From the NCBI GenBank assembly GCA_040285825.1, contig JAUPSS010000001.1, positions 3,162,001 to 3,226,000 of the forward strand: a stretch of 64,000 bases of DNA, given 5' to 3'. The notes below the pieces were generated by a model that saw only the letters and a list, made by a program, of their open reading frames with translations, ran no database searches and had not been told where the DNA came from. This document shows, piece after piece, positions 46,159-59,335 of this stretch (positions are counted from its first letter, which is position 1; each line of letters opens with the position of its first letter). The translations under genes and the position numbers were made by a program. The stretch is from Eukaryota sp. TZLM1-RC (taxonomy: Eukaryota; Protista; Metamonada: BaSk clade).

Positions 46159-48560
46159 TGAAGTGTGTCCTTTTTGGATTGAAAATCCTATTACTGCAAT
46201 TGAGGTTCTTAAAGCTATTCAAAAATTACCTAAGGGGAAAGCAGCAGGCCCATCTGGAATTTCTTTTGATCTCTTAAAAATAGCGTGTTCCAGTGCTCCC
46301 GAAATTGCTGATGATCTAGCCCACTATTTTCAACAATTAATTGTTTTGAAAATAAATCCTCCATTTGAATTGCTCGCAGCACGTCTGATTGCTTTAGTAA
46401 AGCCTGGAAACGGAATCAAACCTGATGGAATACGCCCAATTGCTGTTGGTGAATCTCTTTCTCGTTTGCTGGCATCAATTGTCTTCGATCGTGTCAAAGA
46501 CAAAGCCTCTACATTTTGAATCCTCATCAATTTGGAATCAAAACAATTGATGGTGCTTCTGTTGCTGCTATTGCCTCTGATACCTTTTTTTAATGCAGAG
46601 GAAAATAATTTTATTTTTAATCTCGACTTTAAAAATGCTTTTAATTCTGTAAAGCGAGAAGCAATTTTTGAAGTTATTAAATCTGATTTTCCTGAGCTAT
46701 CGAGTTTTTTTCTACCATTTTTATGGGAAAGAATCAGATTTAATTTTTAATTCATTTGGTCTTAAATCATCTTCTGGAGTGAAGCAGGGAGATCCTTTAG
46801 GCCCATTATTGTTTTGTTTAGCTATTCACAAAACTTTAAATATCATTAAGCAAAAATACCCTTCTATAAAAATAGTTGCTTATATGGATGATATATCCTT
46901 GATTGGTTCATTTGATTTACTAGAATTGGTTGCTCAAGAAATTGCCGATTCATATGAAAATATTGGGCTTCATCTTAATGCCAGCAAATGCCTTCTGATT
47001 GGCTCTTCTGCTCAAGACCTCGTGATAAACGATTCTATTGTCTCTTTTACTAATTATAGTAGTGATGCTTTTAAGTTCCTTGGTTGTTGGTTAAGAAATG
47101 TGCCTCAAATTCAGAATGAATTGCAAGTTATTTTGGAAAAAATGAAAATTGAACTTGATTCAATTTCTTCTTTAGATATAGAAAAGCATATTAAATTTTT
47201 TATGCTTAAAATTTGCTACACTGGGAGAATAACCCACATTTTGAGATCTTGTGCTCCTTCCATAGCATTAGATTTTTGTCGTTCTTTTAATTCATTGAGA
47301 ACAGAATTTTTTGCTGATTTATTGGATGTAGAACCAGGAATGTTGAAAAGCCATTTATTTTCTTCAGCAAATTTGGGGGGTATTGGATTTACTAAATCTT
47401 CAATTTTGTGTCAATCAGCATTCTTGGGTGGTGGCAAAAATTTTATTTATGAATTTTCTCGTAGATTTCCTGATGATTCTCATCTGTTAGTCCCCAATTG
47501 TAGTCCCTATTTGTATGAGTTATCTTGTGAACTTGAAAAATTACCGCCACAAATTTGGACCAAATGTTTTCCTCAATCAATTCAAGAAATTCCAAACCGA
47601 TCTCTATTTAATTTACAGTTTTGCTGTAAAAAGCTTCAACAAAAATTGTCAAAGATTTTTGAAAGCTTGGATTTTGATGTTAGACTTGGCTTGGCCAAGA
47701 AAAAGAATCCCGCTTTTGCAAATCTTTTACAAGATATGTGTGACAGTGCTTCTTCTGCCTTAGTAACAACAATTCCACAAGTTTATGGTACTCTCTTATC
47801 CGATTCTGCTTGGACTCTGAATATGAGATTTCGTTCCTTTATCTGGCCTGATAATTTACCTCATAATTTAATTTGTAAATGTTCTCGAGAAATTACAACT
47901 ACTCATTTGTTAAATTGTAAACATTTTATTACTTTTAGAAGCAAGGTTCATGATGCTGTAAGAGACCAGTTATATTGTATGTGTAAATCTCATAGAATTG
48001 AATCCTTCTTGGAACCTCTGTTGTCAAATCTGTTTGATGCTGAAAATGATTTTCATAAGAATAATAGAGGTGATGTCATATTGCCTGGATTGGATGGAAG
48101 CTTCATTTTATTGGATGTAATGTCTGTTGATCCTTGTAATGCCTCAAATGAAAGGCTTGTTAATTCTGAAATTCATAATCCCCTTTCAAATGCTGAAAAT
48201 TTTAAATTCAAAAAATACAATGAACTTTTGTCCAAATTGGCCAGTCTACAGCATGCAAAATACAATTTGTATCCATTTGTATTTTCCCTTTTTGGTTCAC
48301 TTGCACCAACTGCTTTACGTTTTTTGGATGATTTTGAAATGATTGTAAAGAGAAGAACTGGCAGAAATTTCAACAGATTGTTTTGGCAAAATAGAATTGT
48401 GTTTTCTATTTTTAAGGGGATGTTGAAGATGGTTTCTGATGCTTTGCTTTCTCTTGGATCTCACTATGAGAGAGTTGCATCTAGTGTTTTTGTTTTGGGA
48501 GAGATGGATTTTTTAGATGTTGATTTATAGGTTTAGAATAAAATTAAATTTTAAAAAAAA
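46159..48560 (+). mobile_element. CRE-clade non-LTR retrotransposon family A (RT + zinc knuckle + REL endonuclease), 5'-truncated, nested in family B with 14-bp TSD
   Basis: KAAGPSG, IRPIAVGE, DFKNAFNSV, GVKQGDPLGPLLFC, AYMDD, CKC..HLLNC, RGDV..LDV, KKY, PFVFSLFG; TSD AGGTGAATTCGAAC at 46145-46158 and 48561-48574; A-run just before 48561. Confidence 0.95.
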
Positions 48561-50400
48561 AGGTGAATTCGAACATATACATTTTTCATTTGATAATAAT
48601 TGATTAATGGGGATATTCAAATACAATCTCATTTTTGTTACAAATGCTTCATTAGTGGCACACAATCCAAATCTTCGTGGTACAATGGTTACAAAAAGTG
48701 AAGAATCTGACGACTTGTTTTCACAAACACCCTTTTCCAATTACAATGAGTGAGATTTAGATTTAAAACAGCCGAGCTGCATGTATTATTATGAAGATCA
48801 TTTTCATACATTGCAGTCAATCGTTTATGTAATGTTCGAAGAGTGTTCTTCAAATTTAAAACATTCTTTTCTGGAATATTGCCATTGAATGATTGGGGAA
48901 AGGATCGACCCCATTTTTCTGCATCAATTTTTGAAATTTCTTCATTTAAAGCAAAAACAGTGGAACTTTGCGTTGTCATCAATAAATCTTCCCAATCTGC
49001 AAATCTTTCGGAAAACTCAAAGATTGCATTTCTGCATCCACCAACAAAAGCACACGAGGTAAGAATAGAAGCGTTCGTCCACCCTAAACCGCCATAATGT
49101 GGACTAAGGTAAGCATGGTCTGGAATTTGGAACATTTTACATTCCAGTAATTGTGACAGAACTTTTGCACGTACCTCATCAAACTTCTGAGCCAAAGGCC
49201 TAGTGACAAGAGGATTTGTAGATCGAAACATATGATTGAAGTTGGAACTAAAACACAGTCTTATAATGGTAAATTTGATGTGTTTTTGTATATCTAAATT
49301 CATCATTCGGTCAATTTTGTCGGAAATTGAGTTCAACTTTTCAAACAATTTTTTGGTAATTTCACCATTATTTCCCAAAAACGAACCCAAATGACGAATA
49401 GCATCAATTGAATATAATCTGGCATGAATTTCAATACCATCAACTATTGTGGAAACTGGAGAATTCGATAACAAAACACATTTAAGTAAATTAAGTCGGA
49501 GACCAATTTTGGTAAATAATTCTTTAAAACATACAGTTGCTTGTTTCACAATATTTAAATCACCAATAAGCACAACATCATCCATATATGCAATCATTTT
49601 TAGCGAAGGAAACATCTTTTGACTTTGCAATAAAATAGGAGGAATGGCCAAACAAAACAAAAGAGGTCCTAACGGATCTCCTTGCTTTACACCACTTGAT
49701 GAACTCAAAATCCAATTACCAAAATGTAAATTAGAATATGTGCTATATGTTGATTGAAAATACGGCATTAATTCCGGCATTTATTGCAATAAAGCACCAT
49801 GGATACTGCGACGACTGAGTGAATTGGATGCATTACTAAAATCCAATGACATACAAACATTGGATTCATTTTGGCGAAATAATACATCAGTAGCAAATAT
49901 CGCTGAAGAGACTCCATCAGTGTATTAATTCCATATTGAAACGATAATAAAATCTTTCTTGCTTTCTCGTTGAACCTGCTGAAGCAACACGCAGAACCAA
50001 TATTTTGTAAGCTCTCAGAGACTGCAATAGGACGAACATCCATTTTTGAATTTTTGGCAAGTGCAGTCAAACGAGAACTTCTTAATTCTTCTGGATATCT
50101 GAGTTGACCAGTCAATATTTTGTTGAAAAATTTGGTTAATAAACCAAGACAATCCTCTGAAGAAATAATTGCGGCTTTTACATGATCAATAGTAATACCA
50201 GAAAGTCCGGCAGACTTATCGCGTGGTCTCTTTTTGATCACCGAAAAAACTTCTGATGCCATTAATGGATAATTTTCCCAGTAAGTCCCGTAAAAATTTT
50301 GATCCATTATAGGGTCTTCATAAGGATGAAGTATTTTTAGTTTATCTATTGTATTTTCATTGTTGAAAGCTTTAACTCCGGGGCTTAAAGCTGACAAAGC
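48561..50400 (-). mobile_element. CRE family B, RT-containing 5' part
   Basis: 'LHP','KSAGLSG','VRPIAVSE','QYGI','GVKQGDPLGPLLFC','AYMDD','HYGGLG'. Confidence 0.9.
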
Positions 50401-50452
50401 CTTGGACCATTACTTGGAATTCTAAACAATACCAGAGAATTTATCAATTCAA

Positions 50453-50893
50453 TTGGTTTCTTCAAGCATTACCTTATCACTTTGTTCTTTCTATCAGGAA
50501 ATTCTTAGTCAACTAGAGTCTAGTACAGATGTTTCTCAAGACATTCTAGAGATTCTTGACTTAGGTTTCCCTTCCCAGTTGGAACCTGCACTTCAGCTTA
50601 TTGATCAAAAAGCAGTTCACATTTATGAATGTCAAGATTCTGGTAGACAAATTTCTCTTGTGCAAGGCAGATCTATTGTTTACCTTGTCCTCAATGTGTT
50701 TTGCTCATGCCCTGCATTCACATACACTGTCTTGAAGGATACTTCTTTGCTGTGTAAACATCAATTGGCTTTAAGATTATTCAAAGCTTTTGATTTCCCC
50801 TTTGAGCACATCAATGACTCTCAAATGGGTGAACTGATGACAACACATTCACGAATACCAAGTGAACGTCTTTTGATGGATGGTCTTGACTGA
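50453..50893 (+). CDS. ZSWIM7: SWIM zinc-finger protein ZSWIM7/SWS1-like; no in-frame ATG at the 5' end
   Basis: 'ALQLID...V','SGR....VQG','FCSCPAF...VL.....LCKHQLA' matches SWS1/ZSWIM7. Confidence 0.75.
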   Translation: MVSSSITLSLCSFYQEILSQLESSTDVSQDILEILDLGFPSQLEPALQLIDQKAVHIYECQDSGRQISLVQGRSIVYLVLNVFCSCPAFTYTVLKDTSLLCKHQLALRLFKAFDFPFEHINDSQMGELMTTHSRIPSERLLMDGLD

Positions 50894-51214
50894 TAGTATG
50901 CTGTGGAGTGATGTGATTGTTGGAGACTTGTATTTACAATGGCTTTGTCCAAATTTAAAGCACTCGATACTTATCGATACTACTTATACTCGATTAGTTT
51001 CTTTATCATGATTGTTCCTCAACTTTCATACTATTGTTATTGATGTTTTTCTTCTGAAGTATTCAGTGATTATTTGTAGACAATAAAACGTGGATACAAT
51101 CTTTTCATTACATTTAATTGAATACTTAGTAAAGTTGTACAATCTGAACGAAATGAGTACAATAGCGAAAGGCACAGTTAACTTTTTGCAACAAGTTGGA
51201 TAATGATTCCTTTT

Positions 51215-51660
51215 CGTAATAAAAACCAGCTGTGTACTTCTATCAGCATTAGCCTTTTCAATATCTTTATCATTTTTTCTATGTTTTTCTTTTGCTTTGA
51301 ATTTGCTTCTGATTCTTTCCAATTAATTGTTTTGATGTAGGGGAGGCAGGTTTTGAGGATGTGGAGTTTTAATTGTGTATTTTATGTTTTCATATTTCTT
51401 CTTAAATTTTTGTATTTATTGAATTTGCACACTTAATTAAATTAACTCAATACTAATGGGACGACTATCATTGAAGCAAGATTTCCTCTACAAAATCTGG
51501 ATCTGCTTGCTGTCTAGCTAAAGCTTCTCTTATTCGATTGAAAAACCGTGGTAATTTATTAATAATGGCAAATTGAATCCGTGAACGCCATAAAAATATA
51601 TCAAATCTTTCCATTGTTTTTTCTTGCACCATTTTTTGGAAGTCATTCAAAAAAGTTTCT
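51215..51660 (-). mobile_element. Short CRE family B 3' fragments
   Basis: 'FKAKEKHRKND' and 'FLWRSRIQFAII...EEIL' match the other family B ends. Confidence 0.75.
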
Positions 51661-51708
51661 TCTTAATTGAATAAAAAAAGGAGAATTCCAGCTCATAAAA
51701 CTTTCCTC

Positions 51709-52927
51709 ATGTTGAAACTTGTTGCTATTTTCGCCTTTGTGGCCATTGCCCTCGCTAATGACTTCCATGTCATCAACACTGTTAACTCCAACCCTCGTGC
51801 CCTCTGGGTTGCTGGTGTTAACCCAAGATTCGCTGGTATGAACGACGACGAACGCCGTGCCCTTCTCGGTACCCGCCTTGATTTCATCAACCTCCCCAAG
51901 AAGACCGAAGTCAGCAACGATCTTCCTGAAAACTTCGATGTGCGCAGCAAATGGTATTTTCAGCCTCTCAGATCTTAACTCTAGGCCTGGTTGCCCCTCC
52001 TATGCTATCCGTGATCAAGGTCGTTGTGGTTCTTGCTGGGCTTTCGGTGCCGCTGAAGCTTTATCTGACAGATTCTGTGCCGCAAAGGGACAACAAGTCA
52101 TCCTTTCTCCTCAATACCTCGTTTCTTGCGATAAGTCGAACATGGCCTGTAATGGTGGATGGTTAGACAAGGTCTGGAACTTCATGGCTTCCACTGGTGT
52201 TGTTGAAGATTCTTGCATGCCCTACGTTTCTGGCCAATCTGGTCAAGTCCCCGCATGTCCCACTGCCTGCAAGGATGGATCTGAACTCAAAATGTACAAG
52301 GCTGCCAATGCTTATGATGTCTCTTCCAACGAGCAGGCTATCATGACTGAAATTGAAAAGTAAGTTTAAGTGTCTGGATCTAACCCTAGATACGGTTCCG
52401 TTGAAGTTGGATTCTCTGTATACTCCGATTTCATGTCCTATCGTTCTGGTATCTACCATCACGTTTCTGGATATCTCCAAGGTGGACATGCTGTCAAGCT
52501 TATTGGATGGGGTGTTGAAAATGGTGAAAAGTACTGGTTGTGTGCCAACTCATGGGGTGCCTCATGGGGTGAAAAGGGTCATTTCCGTATCCGTCGTGGT
52601 GTGAACGAATGTAACATTGAATCTATGGTCACTGCCGGACAAGCTGGTGAATCCCCCAACACTGACAACAATGGAAAGTGTAGCGTTTGTAAATCCACCC
52701 TCAAGGTTATCATGCAAGCCGCAGATACTGCTGCGTATGTTTTGTTTTCATTTAACTAATATCAGCTGTGATGGAATTTGTGCTGTAACTGGACCCTTCT
52801 ATGCTGCCTGTTCTATGGCGTTTGTTCTTTTCATTGTTCTAACTTTAGTTGTCACGCTTTGGTCAATGGTGCCTGCTCCGCCTTTGACTGTATAACCCAA
52901 GCTTGCACAAAGATGCACTTCTGTTAA
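51709..52927 (+). CDS. CTSB: Cathepsin B-like protease with C-terminal saposin-like domain, copy 2; introns 51954-51984, 52360-52389, 52735-52765, 52820-52848
   Basis: Near-identical to copy 1 over the protease region; tail CSVC...[43 protein letters not shown]. Confidence 0.9.
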
Positions 52928-53253
52928 ACAGTTAAATCGTGTTAATATTATGATTTATAAAAGTTATTAGAAAATGACTATTGTTGCAAATATATAATTT
53001 CAATACCTAGTCAGTAACTGACTATGATTTTACTACCTCACTTGATACAGACTCAGACTTTATCGAATGAAAATTTTGCAACCAAATTTTCACTTTTTCT
53101 AAAATTTTTGGATCCCACTATGAGACAGTTGCATCTAGTTGTTTTGTTTTGGGACAGATGGATTATTTAGATGATGATTTATAAATTTTTAATAAATAAA
53201 AAAAATAAAATAATTGATTATTCTATGAAGAAACAAATCAAAGCAAAAACAAA

Positions 53254-53800
53254 CTAAAACACATAAGAAACAAAATTCTCCTCAACAACTCTTGATGAAT
53301 TCTTATACAGCTTGGACATCATTAAATTTAAGTACTTGGGAACACTTCTGTACAAAGCAAAAATGATACGATTTTTCCATAAATTCCCTGCAAAATTCTT
53401 ACCACTTGAACGACATAATTTACCAAAATCATGGAGAAAATTCAAGGCAGACTGTCCAATGTTGCCAAAAATCGAAAAGGCAAAAGGAACAAACGAAAAC
53501 TTCGAGTAAAGGTTCCTATTTAAATCATTTAAATCTCAGTATATTTCTCTTTTATGATCCTCAGCCTTGTTTAAATGACCATTAGAACTAAGTAAAACAT
53601 CATCACGATAAATAAAAGCAAAGGGATCAACTGTAGTAAAATCAACAACAACTTGAGAGGAATCCACAAAAGGAGCAATTAATCACGTCGACGTGAATTA
53701 AAGAGATTATTATCGCTATAATACTTCAACAACGGTTCTACTTTGCAACTAAAATTGTAACACTTAAACAACTCATATGTCACATCAAGAACGGCATTAT
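53254..53800 (-). mobile_element. CRE 3' fragment of a further family (E)
   Basis: 'VVVDFTTVDP','KAEDHK..Y','FVPFAFSIFGNIG','LWKNRIIF'. Confidence 0.7.
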
Positions 53801-54499
53801 GAAGAACTGGCCTATATTGAAGAAATTTCTAACAACTAATAATATGACGGAAATTGGCAGTAGGTTTTTCGTTGCAAATACAAACAGAATTATCCAAAAG
53901 ACCACTTGGATACAGCTCTCATCTCAAACGCATGTTTTGTTTTCAAGCGTCATTTGTTATATTATTATATTTATTATTAATTTTTATATTTATAATCTAT
54001 TGTTTCTGTTCAAACTTTCTTGTTGCATGTAGGACAATCTGTCTGCAGTGAAAGTTTGTTGTATTTCAAAACATAGTTATTTTTACATAATCAAGAAGAA
54101 GATGACAATTGCTGTTGTTTGTCTGTTTATTGTTCTCGTCGTTGTATCATGTAATGTACCTCCCTTTCCACAAGATCCGACGGCCAATACCCACTTTCCC
54201 CCATTTTACTCATTTAAATTTTTGCAACCTGTGTTTGACTCTGAAAATGTTGGTCTGGAAAATTATCGCATTTGCAGACTTTTTGATCGAAATAATGAGA
54301 TGTTTATGCTGCTATTAAGATACATGAACAACTTTTTACCATGGCCTGTCTTCTGCTCCCATTTCACCAGTTTCTATGGATCACATATGTTCAATTACTG
54401 AAGTGAGACTAGTGTAGCTTGTAAAGTCGCTTTCTTTCACATCTTTTTTGGCATTTTCCAAAAAGGATTAAATTATCAAATATTTATTGAACATGCACA

Positions 54500-55330
54500 C
54501 TTAATTAAATTAATTTATAACTAATGGGACGTCTATCATTGAACCAAGTTTTTTCTACAAAATCTTGATCTGCTTTTTGATCTAGCTAAAACTCCTCTTA
54601 TTCGATTGAAAAACCGAGTTAATCTATCAATAATGGCAAATTGAATCCGTGAACGCCCTAAAAAAATATCAAATCTTTTCATTGTTTTTCTTGAACCATT
54701 TTTTGAAAGTCATTCAAAAAAGTTTCTGCTTCAACTGATAATCTTACGTTTATCGAAAGTGGGAAAGCAAGAAAAACTAGCTGTGTATTTCTACCAGCAT
54801 TAGCTTCTTCAATATCTTTATCATATTTTCTATGTTTCTCTCTTTTGCTTTAAAATCCAGAGCAGCCACAGGATTAAGTTTTCTTCTGTGAACCAAAGTA
54901 TCATTTGCAACATGACATGAGACAAAGTCAACAATAGCTTCAGAATTATCAATCCAATCACAGTATACATCACCTCTATCATCAGAACCAAAATTATTCA
55001 GAGAAAGTGTTTCCTTCAGCAGGGGCTCTTTGATACACGATATTCTTGCATGGCGCAAAGTGAGTTGAGGTGAATTCGAACAAATACAGTTTTCTTTTAG
55101 TTTTAATTAATTAATGGGAATTTTCAAATATAAACTCATTTTTGTTACAAACGCTTCATTACTAGCACACAGTCCAAATCTTCGTGGGACAATGGTTACA
55201 AACAGTGAAGAATCTGATGACTGATTTTCACAAACAAACAATAACAATGAGTGAAGATCTTGATCTGAAATAACCAGTTGTATATATTTTGAAAAAGTTC
55301 ATCTTCATACTTTTTAGTCCTCTATTCGAA
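54500..55330 (-). mobile_element. CRE family B 3' fragment with internal deletion
   Basis: Matches 45530-46158 and 48561-48760; contains the uninterrupted AGGTGAATTCGAAC site. Confidence 0.85.
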
Positions 55331-56252
55331 GCGTTTATTGTCAATTTGTATAATTGTTTCAGGTTCCATTTTTTAGGTCCAATGGATCAAGCAATTTTTG
55401 AAGTCAGTAATGGACTTAGTGGATTTTCTAATCAAACACCAACTGCCTGGAAATGCTTGTTGTCTTTGCTGTTTCTCTTTTGAAAAGATAATTTGAAGAC
55501 TAGTAATTCCGATAACTGGAGAAAATGCTGTTTAAGGGAAAATCGTCACAAGTATTTCTCATCAAAATACCGTAATTTGATGTAGTATGTTGCTTTGTCT
55601 AAACGCAACCATAATATTGATTCTCTCCCACAGTAATTACACAGCAGGTAAAATACTTTTACTAATAAATAGACATTATTTCCAAAACAATCAACGTGAA
55701 ATACTCAGCTTGCAACAATTTGAAGCCACCGGCCATGGTGTGCTTTTATCATTCTACTCATCAGACAACCATATACGAGATTCTTTAGCAGAAAAGATGC
55801 GGTACCAGCAATTGAGAGCCTGGAATGCTAATGTTTTACAGATGGTTTTCCTTCTAGACTTCGGAATGAGTAGTCTTGTCATCAATAAGATGCAGTTATT
55901 AGCAACTATTTCTCTTGCTGAAACTTCAAAAGGAAATGATGAAACCAAACAACTCTAAATTTGACAATTTCAATTCTAGAGTCTGATAAATTTTAATAGA
56001 TTTTTCTTCTATCTAAATATTGTTCTAATGGTGAAGTTTTTTTATATTTTAATTATATAATTATATAATAATAAAATAAAATAATAATAATTATATTTAT
56101 AATGAAATTTTTATATTTTAGGCCGTGATATTGTTTAATACAAAAAGAAGGTGGGTGATGAGAAAAAAATGTATGCTCTACTAGTATCACCGTTTTGAAA
56201 GTCACAGAAAGTTGAATAAATAAAAAATGAAAGTAAAAAATGGATAAATCTC

Positions 56253-57626
56253 TCATCCTAAAATATTCCTGACAACACTAGCTTTCTCAGCTTTTACAAC
56301 CAACATTCTTTTAACTTGATCAACTAATAACTCAGCACCAGCTTCTCTGGCAGCGACAACGCATCTATCAAAAACTTCTACTCCTTCAGCAAAATCAAAA
56401 AACAAGGTGCATTCGGATGATTTAATTCTACTCAATTCACTCTCCCAAAGCAAAATGTGTTCAATGACATTTTTTGGAATAGGTTCCTTACGTTGTAGAG
56501 TAGAAGGTCTTGCATGGTGTTTTAGGAAATTAACAATAACATCAGAAGTTATTCCATTCTGATAAGCCCTAGTGACTGATTCGCGACTCAAAGAGCAGCA
56601 GATTAATCCAGGTAAAACGTGGTTAACGTGGAGAAAGAGGTGCAAGACAGAGAGAATGAGTGGATCTGATGAATGTACGAATATTTTAAAATTTGTTTCA
56701 ACAGTGATGAATAATGAAACGTCATCATGACCATTGACATGTTGAAATATTTGTTCATGATTGATAGAGCTCAACAAAAGCTCAGTCATTTCTGTTGTGA
56801 CGTAACCAATATTTCCATTTGGCAACTGAGTACTTACCACCAAGCCCAGGGCATCCAAAATTCCACAAAATTTGATTAAAACAGAATTTAATTCAGGATT
56901 TTCAGATTTAGTTGCTTGAAAAACACTGTTTGTTGGATTGTTACTAATTTCAAACAAAAACGATAAAGTATCACAAACTACATTAAAATCTTCAAACGAC
57001 CTTAGCACTGCAACCAACAATGTCCAGAGCTGCTCCCTCCGTGGCGTCAGCAAAAACCTAAACCCTGAAGCTGTAATGACAGCAGAGGTAGTGGTGGAGG
57101 GTAAAGTAGAGGACAGGTCCGCGGAATAGAGAAGAGAAGCTATGGTGGAGGAGACAGATTCATGGTCAACTTCTTGTTTTATTATAGATTTCCTGGTCGA
57201 TCTGCTTGATTTACTGACAAGTTCTCCTGTGAGGAGGCGAATGACTGTATCAAAGCGTAACTGGGAATGAGAGATCGTGTCCATAGGGAGGGTGGAACGG
57301 GGGATAGTGATGGAGGAAGGATTGAGAAAGGAAATACGTATGGCAGAGGCAACTTGTGGTTGAAGCACGATACCATTGTGATCTGAGACAAGAAAGGAGA
57401 GTGCTGTTAGAGTATGAAGTACGGAGTTGAGTTGATGATGTGATGAAAACCAAAGTTTGACTGCACTGAGTGGTATAGGTTTCTTAAACCATAGGAGACG
57501 GAGTAAGAAAGAACGATGAAGAGATGGAAGAACTTTGACAAATGATAGGACTATTATGGGGTGATGGTATAATCGGATTTGTTGAGGTGGAGAGAGGGAC
57601 GATAAATAGGAGAGGATAGTGGACAT
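56253..57626 (-). CDS. GTF2H4: TFIIH subunit Tfb2/p52
   Basis: 'LY.HP','ITASGFRFLL','QLW','VETNFK','SRESV.RA..NGIT...I..FL..HA','IP.NV...I.LWE.E..R'. Confidence 0.92.
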   Translation of the reverse strand: MSTILSYLSSLSPPQQIRLYHHPIIVLSFVKVLPSLHRSFLLRLLWFKKPIPLSAVKLWFSSHHQLNSVLHTLTALSFLVSDHNGIVLQPQVASAIRISFLNPSSITIPRSTLPMDTISHSQLRFDTVIRLLTGELVSKSSRSTRKSIIKQEVDHESVSSTIASLLYSADLSSTLPSTTTSAVITASGFRFLLTPRREQLWTLLVAVLRSFEDFNVVCDTLSFLFEISNNPTNSVFQATKSENPELNSVLIKFCGILDALGLVVSTQLPNGNIGYVTTEMTELLLSSINHEQIFQHVNGHDDVSLFITVETNFKIFVHSSDPLILSVLHLFLHVNHVLPGLICCSLSRESVTRAYQNGITSDVIVNFLKHHARPSTLQRKEPIPKNVIEHILLWESELSRIKSSECTLFFDFAEGVEVFDRCVVAAREAGAELLVDQVKRMLVVKAEKASVVRNILG

Positions 57627-57675
57627 CAGCTAGTAGCACATAAATATTAAATTGGGGACACCAACGCAGTTTAAG

Positions 57676-59335
57676 TTCTGTCATTGCTCCTATTTCAGTT
57701 CTCAAAAAAATAGCAACTTTTAATCAACAGCGTTATGAAGATATTGGTCTCTCATTGAATATCTCCAAATGTTTGATTATTGGCCATGAACCAATTGATT
57801 TTTTCATTAATGATGTCAATGTCCCCTTTATCAATTATGATCAGTCTGGTTTTCGTTCTTTGGGTTGTTATCTCGGAAATAATGAAAAAGTCAAAGGCCA
57901 ACTTTCGACTCTGTTGACTCAATTTGGGAATGAATTGGAATCAATAGAAAATTTAAATATTGAGAAACATTTGAAATTCTTTTTCCTAAAAATTTGTTAT
58001 TCTGGAAAATTTACTGATATTTTGAGATCAACATCACCATCAATTTCTTTGGAGTTTTGTCGCATTTTTAATGAACAAAGAACCAATTTTTTAGCAAAAT
58101 TATTGGAAATTGATGCATCTCAGTTTCGAAGCCACATTTTTTGTGGTACAAATTTTGGTGGTGTTGATTTTCATAAATCAAGCTACCTTTGTAAAGCTGC
58201 CTTTTTTGGCGGTGGGACAAATTTTATTTATGAATTTGTGAATCGTTTTCCTGAAAAAATTGATCTCATTGAAAATTGTGGCAGCTCTTGTCTTATTTCT
58301 TTGCAACAAGCAATTGAAACTCTTTCACCCAATATTTGGTCTAAATGTTTCCCCTATGATATTGTGGAACTTCCTCCAAGAAGCTTGCTCTCCCCACCTC
58401 TAACTTTTGCAAAATTGCAGAAAAAAGTCTTGAAAGTTTTAGAAAACTTGGATTATATTGTACGTCTTAGCTTGGCTAAAGAAAAAAATCCCGTTTTTGC
58501 AAACTTTTTGATTGACCTTGAAGACAGTTGCTCAAGTTACATAATCTCCCAAATTCCTAACATTCACGGCCTTCTACTTAATGATCACCAATGGACCACT
58601 GCAATGAGAATGAGATGTTTTTCTATGGCCTTGTTCTTTACCAAATGATTTAATTTGTCGCTGCAAGAGTGTTGTTACGCTTTCCCATATTTTAAACTGT
58701 AAGTATTTTATAACTTGTCGCTCAATTGTTCATGACTCAGTTCGTGATCAATTATATGCCACGAGCAAAAGTTTCAATTTAGAGGCATTTATTGAACCTT
58801 TAGTTCGTAAGCTCTCTCCAAATCAAACTGATGATTCCTGTGGTAACAGAAGGGCAAATTTAGTAGCTCCAGGGATCAATGGTGTTCTCAATGTTGTGGA
58901 TGTTGTCTCAGTAGAAGTCTGCAAAAATTCTGTTGCTCGTTTGCTCTCGTCCGCTGATTCGCCACTCTTCAACGCCGAAAAGAAGAAAATAAAAGGATAT
59001 GAAGAACCATTGGTACAATTAGGTGGAGTTCAACATGTGAAGTATCAGTTTGTCCCGTTTACAATTTCTCTTTTTGGCAATATTGGACCTTCGAGGTTAC
59101 ATATTTTTTGAAAATTTCAAAAAAGTGTTACTGGATAGGTCTGGTAAAAGAATTAATTCCACTTTCTGGTTAAATAGAATTGTTTTTTGCATTTTCAAGT
59201 CTATTGCAAGAATGATTTCCAGAGCTCTTTTAGCTATTGGTGTGGAATATGAACGAAATGCTGTGAGTAGGTTTAATTATAGTGACGCTTGTTTAGAGGA
59301 TATTGAATACTAGATAGAATTTTATTTCAATAAAA
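57676..59335 (+). mobile_element. CRE family C, 5'-truncated (RT C-half + endonuclease)
   Basis: 'GLSLNISKC','EKHLKFFFLK','FGGVDF','HDSVRD','RRANL..DVVSV','EKKKI..Y', ends 'ACLEDIEY'. Confidence 0.88.
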
